A stretch of 53,982 bases of DNA, from positions 1-53,982 of the forward strand of contig JAEZEB010000255.1 of NCBI GenBank assembly GCA_023438115.1. Reading direction: 5' to 3'. The notes under the pieces were generated by a model. The model ran no database searches and was not told where the DNA came from. It saw nothing but the letters and a program-made list of their open reading frames with translations. This document shows positions 53,228 to 53,982 of the stretch, in pieces. A program made the position numbers and the translations under genes. The stretch is from Pseudomonadota bacterium. GTDB taxonomy: Bacteria; Pseudomonadota; Gammaproteobacteria; Burkholderiales; Burkholderiaceae_C. Positions within the stretch are counted from its first letter, which is position 1, and each line of letters begins with the position of its first letter.

Positions 53228-53905
53228 GTGACGCAGGATGAACTCAAGGCGCTGGTGGGCCAGGCCGCGCTGAAGTACGTGGTGCCGGGGGAGGTCGTGG
53301 GGGTCGGCACCGGCTCCACGGTCAACAAGTTCATCGAGGCGCTGGCCACGATGAAGGACCAGGTGCCGGGCGCCGTCTCGAGCTCGGTCGCCTCCACGGA
53401 GCGGCTGCGCGCGATCGGCATCAGGGTGTTCGATGCCAACGAGGTGGGCGAACTGGCCGTCTACATCGACGGCGCCGACGAGATCGACGGCCGCGGGCAC
53501 ATGGTCAAGGGCGGCGGCGCGGCGCTCACGCGCGAGAAGATCGTCGCCGCGCAATCGCGCCGTTTCGTCTGCATCGCCGACGAGTCGAAGCGGGTGGAGG
53601 TCCTGGGCCGCTTCCCGCTGCCCGTGGAGGTCATCCCCATGGCCACGCAGCGCCTGGTGCGGCAGTTCCGCGACAAGGGCGGGCTGGCGCAGGTGCGGAT
53701 GAAGGATGGCCAGCCCCTCGTGACCGACAACGGCCAGCACATCCTGGACGTGACTGGCCTGCAGATCCAGGATCCGCTGGCTTTCGAGAGCGAAGTGAAC
53801 CAGTGGCCCGGCGTGGTGACGGTGGGCGTGTTCGCCCACCAGAAGGCCGCCGTGTGCCTGCTCGCCACCGCGGGCGGCGTGCAGACGCTGGAGTTTGGCG
53901 CCTAG
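53228..53905 (+). CDS. rpiA: ribose-5-phosphate isomerase A
   Basis: [33 protein letters not shown]. Confidence 0.96.
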   Translation: MTQDELKALVGQAALKYVVPGEVVGVGTGSTVNKFIEALATMKDQVPGAVSSSVASTERLRAIGIRVFDANEVGELAVYIDGADEIDGRGHMVKGGGAALTREKIVAAQSRRFVCIADESKRVEVLGRFPLPVEVIPMATQRLVRQFRDKGGLAQVRMKDGQPLVTDNGQHILDVTGLQIQDPLAFESEVNQWPGVVTVGVFAHQKAAVCLLATAGGVQTLEFGA

Positions 53906-53982
53906 AAGCGGATGCCGGCGGGGTTGGCCGGCGAGGGCGCGCTGGGCGGCGGCGCTTCGACGCGCGGCTCCTCCTGCGGGGC
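53902..53982 (-). CDS. 3' end of an unidentified convergent gene (...[18 protein letters not shown])
   Basis: open frame from the window edge with GC-typical codons; its TAG overlaps the rpiA TAG (CTAG). Confidence 0.5.
   Translation of the reverse strand, partial: APQEEPRVEAPPPSAPSPANPAGIRF

Overview
High-GC betaproteobacterial chromosome segment; gene content and protein sequences look like Comamonadaceae (Ramlibacter/Variovorax-like), which is an inference. Most of the window is housekeeping or metabolic: a propionyl-CoA/methylmalonyl-CoA cluster (scpA, meaB, pccB, pccA, epimerase), a GltD-like plus 2-oxoacid:ferredoxin oxidoreductase operon, a di-heme cytochrome c peroxidase, rsxB, phaZ, ygiD, tyrB, uvrB, iscRSUA-hscBA-fdx, dnaQ, tRNA-Val(CAC), a PBP7-like endopeptidase, pyrD and rpiA. 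The standout is a tightly coupled ~15.6 kb locus (7787-23433) that looks like a non-canonical secretion and surface-sensing system. It encodes three HlyD-type periplasmic adaptors (one GAF-fused, one fused to a PqqD/RRE-like domain and an M50 metallopeptidase), a C-terminally truncated accessory SecA ATPase, and a ~1600 aa beta-propeller/cadherin-repeat adhesin with an N-terminal LEPRxLL-type motif and a C-terminal membrane anchor. A hybrid histidine kinase and a REC-GGDEF-EAL protein with both catalytic domains degenerate follow. The locus has no ABC transporter or TolC gene, and its first gene is split by an in-frame TAG. Smaller signals include an 89-bp structured repeat twice in the isc operon, phased TGTAGG boxes and an SD-hiding hairpin upstream of an SLT-like gene, a sigma-54-like promoter, an IscR site and several leaderless-type starts. 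All domain calls come from motif recognition by eye; no database searches were run.
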